From the human T2T-CHM13v2.0 reference genome, Homo sapiens, in the NCBI RefSeq assembly GCF_009914755.1, contig NC_060927.1: a stretch of 64,000 bases of DNA; one strand, given 5' to 3'. Numbering within the stretch: the first letter of the stretch is position 1; each line of letters starts with the position of its first letter. This document shows, piece by piece, positions 58,916 to 64,000 of this stretch. The notes under the pieces were generated by a model. That model was not told where the DNA came from. It did not search any database and saw only the letters and a list, made by a program, of their open reading frames with translations. A program made the translations under genes and the position numbers.

Positions 58916-61616
58916 CAGTGGAAAAAAATTATATAACACTTGGAAATAAAAGATGATTTTGTGACATTTTAGTATCATACTGGAGTATTGTATAAGAAAC
59001 CACCTAAGGACCAGCTGTGTTCTAGGGGATGTAACTCTGTTTATTATTTTTTATGGGCCATACTTTGTAAAGTTAAGTAGGATGCAAATTATTTCTGTTT
59101 GGTAAAGAAGAGAAGCACAAAGATTATTGCCCTGAAGGACATTAACCTGTTGGTATCTAATGTAGCAATCTTATATCAGGATTATATCCTCTTTTTTAGG
59201 GTCTCTTATTAGCGAGTTAAGTAAAACTTTGAAATATGCTCAATACCTATTTGTATGAGAATTAGGCTTTTAACATTTTAGAACTGTACTTGACTCCAGT
59301 TCAACTGCTGAGTGAGCAGGACGTAAAGATGTGTTGCTTAGAAGAGAGGTCTGATCTGGAGATGTTAATTTAGGGGTGCTGTTCAGGAGAGTGGGTGAAG
59401 TTGGCTGGGGGACCATATAGGGTAGGAAGAGAGGGTAGACTGAGTGAGCTGTGGAACTTCAACATTGAAAGAATGGGGAGAGGAGGGTTTACAAAGAAGA
59501 AAGGAATGATTGCTAGAGAGGTAGGAGGGAAACCAAGTGTCGCATCCAGTTCAAGAGGCCAAACAAGATGAGAACTGGAAGTGCCTGTAGGGTTTATCTA
59601 TAGGAGGTCATTGTTGAGCCTTCACCAAGAGCCTTTTTTGTGGTGGTTGTGGGGAGGGCAGATTTCAGAGGGATGAGCAATGGAAGGAGGGAGGAGAATG
59701 GGAGGAGCAGGGGAGATGGAAAATTCTGGCTGTGAGTGGAGAGGGGAGTGATATGGGGTCCAGAGAGAGAGTTTTTAAAAGATGGGTCAGTGATGGAGTT
59801 TCTTCACCTTAAGGAGATATGTGTAAAATGGATTCCTGGGCTCCCAGCCCCTGGAGATGTTTTTCTTCAAGAATAAAGCCCAGGAATCTGTATTCCCAGA
59901 ATACCGAGCTCTGCGGTAAAGCTACAAAACTAGACACATTTCCAAGTTAATCTTATATGGCTGGTGGTATTTTGCCAGCCGAGGTGGGTGCTCTCAATTG
60001 AGTGTGTAGCACAAGTTCTGCTCACATTGGAGCTGTGTCACCATTGTCTGCTTGGTGTCACTTGGCCTGAGCATGTGCTTTTCTCTGAAGGGATTTGGGG
60101 GTTTGTGGACATGCTGGTAGCAGAGGGAAGATGGATCAGGTTGTCATTGTAGCTCTTTTCAGCAGGTCACGCTCAATAGCTGGATTGGAAGGGACAGCAG
60201 ACTTGCCAGCCTCTCGGGTATTATTCTGGGTGGAGCAACGGGGAGTGGATGATGCTCCAGGGATGTCTGTGGGAACTATTCACATTGACAGCCCAAGAGA
60301 AAAGCATCAGATCTGTCCTGGCGGGGACCTGGCTCTACTGTTTTAGGCTTAATCCGAGGCAAATCCCTTCTCTGAGCCTCAGTTTTCACATCTCTAAAGT
60401 GGGGATAGTACCACCTCTGCCTATAAACACTCATTGTTTATGACAATTTTTCAACTCCTGCAAGAACAGTTATACATTTTACAGTGTAACCCAGTACACA
60501 CTGGGCTCACTGAATGCATAGTGTTGCTACCTGTGCTACTCACTGATGTTTTCTAGTCAATGTAATTTTTTAAAAATGCTACTGTAACTCACTGATTTTA
60601 TGACTAGACTCCTGGGTTGAGACCTGAAGGGTGGAAACAGTGGCTTAGACTCTCAGCTTCAGAGGATGAAATGAGATCATGTGTGTAAAAGCATGGATGT
60701 ACACCGTGGGTCATGAACACTGAGTTGTTATTTTCTTATCAGTTAACGGAGCTTGGAGGCAGAGTTGATTTCCGGAGTGGGAATTCACCTGCTCTTCCTC
60801 CCTCCCTGCTGCCTAATTCAATGTTCCCTCTACCAGTTCTTCCTCGTTAACAGGCCTGGCACACCAAGCTGGCGGTGATCCAGACCCCTCTTGGCTCAAG
60901 AAGAGGTTTTCCAAAACATTAAAAGCTTTAGGGACTTAAGTCCTGGCTAAATGCACTGCAGTTGCAATTTCAGGATAAGAAAACCTGTTTTCATAAGCTC
61001 TCAGATAAGTTGCCCTGCCCCTGAATTGTCCATTGTTGACAGCAACATTTGTGCCATGGGGAATAAAAAGGGGAGACACTGTGCTGCGTAGCCCCAAATG
61101 TAAGGTGTGGCTTTTTAAAGGAAGCAAAATATAAGAAATGCAGCTGGACTTGTATTTACAGCAGCAGGCAGTAAGATGTGTGTGGTTCTGGGAATCTGTC
61201 TTCCTTATGCCCCAACTCTGGTGCTGGAGTCTGTCAGACTTGGGTCTGAATCACAGCTCTCTTACTTGCTGTGTGACCTTCAGCAAATTTCTTAACTCCC
61301 CTTAGTCTCAGTTTCTTTATCTATAAAATGGGAATAATAAAAGTGCTTACTTTATACACTTGTCAAGGTAATTCAGTTAGATAACATGTGAACTGCTTAG
61401 CTCACTGCTGGTCATACAATAAGCACTCTACTTTTGGCTGTTATTGTTATCATGGGCTAATCCCTAAGCCCTGGATTTGGAATTAAAGGATCCTCTCTTG
61501 GGTTCTGTTCCTTGCCAGGTGCTTTTGCATTTCTCTTTGTTAATAAGCACAGTTAGCCCCCTTGGCTGCCACTAGCCGAGGGTCTCACATCCCAGGGCCA
61601 GCCTCTTCTCCCACCT

Positions 61617-61618
61617 CA

Positions 61619-61659
<41 letters not shown>
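61617..61659. repeat. (CA)n microsatellite
   Basis: Read directly from the sequence, with one TA interruption. Confidence 0.96.
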
Positions 61660-61661
<2 letters not shown>

Positions 61662-61852
61662 CAATATCACCACCATTCAGGGACTCATGTTGCTTGGTTT
61701 TATTTCAGAGGCTGCTGGGTAGACATTTGAACATTGGGAAACATCGGTAGTGAGATCCCCAAGCTTGATTTAAGGTTAGGCCTTCACTCCTTATGAAGAG
61801 TGGTGTTTAGCTATGGTGGCTCATGGCAGATGTTTAGAATTTACCCTTTTAA

Positions 61853-62182
<330 letters not shown>

Positions 62183-63250
62183 TAAAATTAATGTTCTTTC
62201 TTAGATCTCTCATCAAAACCATTCTACAAGTATTTGCTAGGTATGTGTTGCGTGCCAAGTACTTTGCAGATTCCATATAATAGTTATGAAAAAAACCAAA
62301 CCACGCAATGTCACATGAACGGAGGCGAGACAGTTCAGCTAGCAGTACAGAAGGACACATAAGCACTGCACGTACGTGGGAAAGGGCACAGAGCAAGCGC
62401 TGGGCCGGGAGGAATCAGAAGGCCCATGCAAGAGCTGGGGGCGGTATCTGGTTGTGTTCTGGAAGCCTCTTTCTTTCCTTTTTTTTAGGCAGGTTTTTTT
62501 CTTTGTAACTTTTATTTAGAAATAATATCAGATTTATAGAGGAGTTGCAAAAAGAATCCAAAGGATTGTTATATGCCCTTTATCTCAATTCCACAAATAT
62601 TAATATTTTATCACATTTGTTTTTATCATACTCTTCCTCTACATATATGAAGTTTATATATGATGTTCCTTTGCCCCTTAAATACTTCAGTATTTCCTAA
62701 AACACAAAGACATTCTCTTATGTAACCACAGTACAACGATCAAAACTAGGAAGGTAGTATTTGATTCAGGACCCAAACCAGAATCACACACTGCATTTAA
62801 TTGTCCTTCTTTAGTCTCCTTTAATCTGGAATAGTTCCTCAGTCTCTGTCTTTTGTGACCTTGACATTTTTAAAGAATTTTCCTCAATTTGGTTTTTGAT
62901 GATGTTTTCATTTAGTGCATTATATCAGGGGGCACCTGACGTCAATTTGACCCATTACTGGTGGTGTTACTGTTGGTCCCTTAGTTAAGGGGGTTTCTGC
63001 CATGTTTTCCCACTGTAAAGATACATTTTCTGGTGGGGAGATACTTTGAGGCAGTTAATTATTTTCATAATGGTAGCCAAGTGGTGGTAATTTTTTTCTT
63101 TAAACATTTAGATTGGACATGCTTATTATGGCAAGTTGAAAAATAGAGAAAAGGGAAGAATAAATATTACCGAGGGCAAATCCTCAGTGTTTTTCTGAGC
63201 ATACTTTTGTTTACTTATAGTTGTGGTTATACCACGTATATTTTGAATTC

Positions 63251-63518
63251 TTTTTTTTTTTTTTTTTTTTTTTGAGATGGAGTCTCACTCTGTCGCTGAG
63301 GCTGGAGTGCAATGGTGCGATCTCGGCTCACTGCAAGCTCCGCCTCCTGGGTTCACGCCATTCTCCTGCCTCAGCTTCCTGAGTAGCTGGGACTACAGGC
63401 GCCCGCCACCACGCCCGGCTAATTTTTTGTATTTTTAGTAGAGACGGGGTTTCACTGTGTTGGCCAGGATGGTCTCGATCTCCTGACCTCGTGATCCGCC
63501 CACCTCGGCCTCCCAAAG
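63251..63518 (-). mobile_element. 5'-truncated AluY-type SINE
   Basis: Y diagnostics. Ends at ...cctcccaaag, with duplication tgaattct at 63244-63251 and 63519-63526. Confidence 0.92.
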
Positions 63519-64000
63519 TGAATTCTATTTTTAAAGACATTAAAGCAAATATTTTTGCATTGCGAAGTCTTTAAAAACACCATTTAAATAAAATACCATC
63601 TAAATGGCTTATTCTTCTATTGAGTGGTTTACTCTGTGTAACCATTCTGTTGTTGTTGGACATTTAGGTTGTTTATAGGTTTTAACTCTTATGGTTAGAA
63701 TGGTTGTGAGTCATACGTGTGTCAGACCTCTGCTAATTTCCTCAGGACACATTCCCAGAAGTGGAATTACCAAGTCAAAGAGCATAAATACTTTAGAGAT
63801 ACATGATAAATTGTGCCAGCTACCTTTCCAAAAGAGTTGTACTAGTTGAGGTTTCTGCCAGCAGTATATGACAGTTGGGCTCCATATTTTAAGAGATTCA
63901 CTAATGGTGTTTCTCAACCTTTTTTTTTTAAACTGTGACCCACCAATGAAGATTTGTGTTGAGATTAATTTCCTATATTTTGACTTATGAGAGCCTAGGT

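Overview
Primate (human-like) genomic DNA, rich in Alu, L1, L2, MIR and MaLR repeats, with two CpG islands about 39 kb apart. The right island (~50.9-51.9 kb) holds exon 1 of PDIA5 on +: ATG 51241, MARAGPAWLLLAIW, then a GTGAGA donor; the rest of the window is intron 1. The left island (~10.3-12.4 kb) holds an ATG-free minus-strand exon ending at a perfect GAG|GTGAGT donor (11540). I assign it to SEMA5B from remembered gene order next to PDIA5, not from coding sequence. The most notable observation is a near-full-length, heavily decayed Jerky (JRK)-like pogo/Tigger transposase reading frame at ~26.9-29.6 kb, split by an LTR and Alus and almost invisible in the ORF track. Other leads are an EPO-type HIF element overlapping an RBPJ site in PDIA5 intron 1, UPRE-type and ZNF143 motifs plus a 5'UTR G-quadruplex at PDIA5, an unexplained 44-bp direct repeat, and a fragmented CR1/L3 fossil. 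Repeat boundaries and subfamily names are by eye and approximate. Reference protein comparisons are from memory and need a database check. No prokaryote-type system, CRISPR array or RNA gene was seen.
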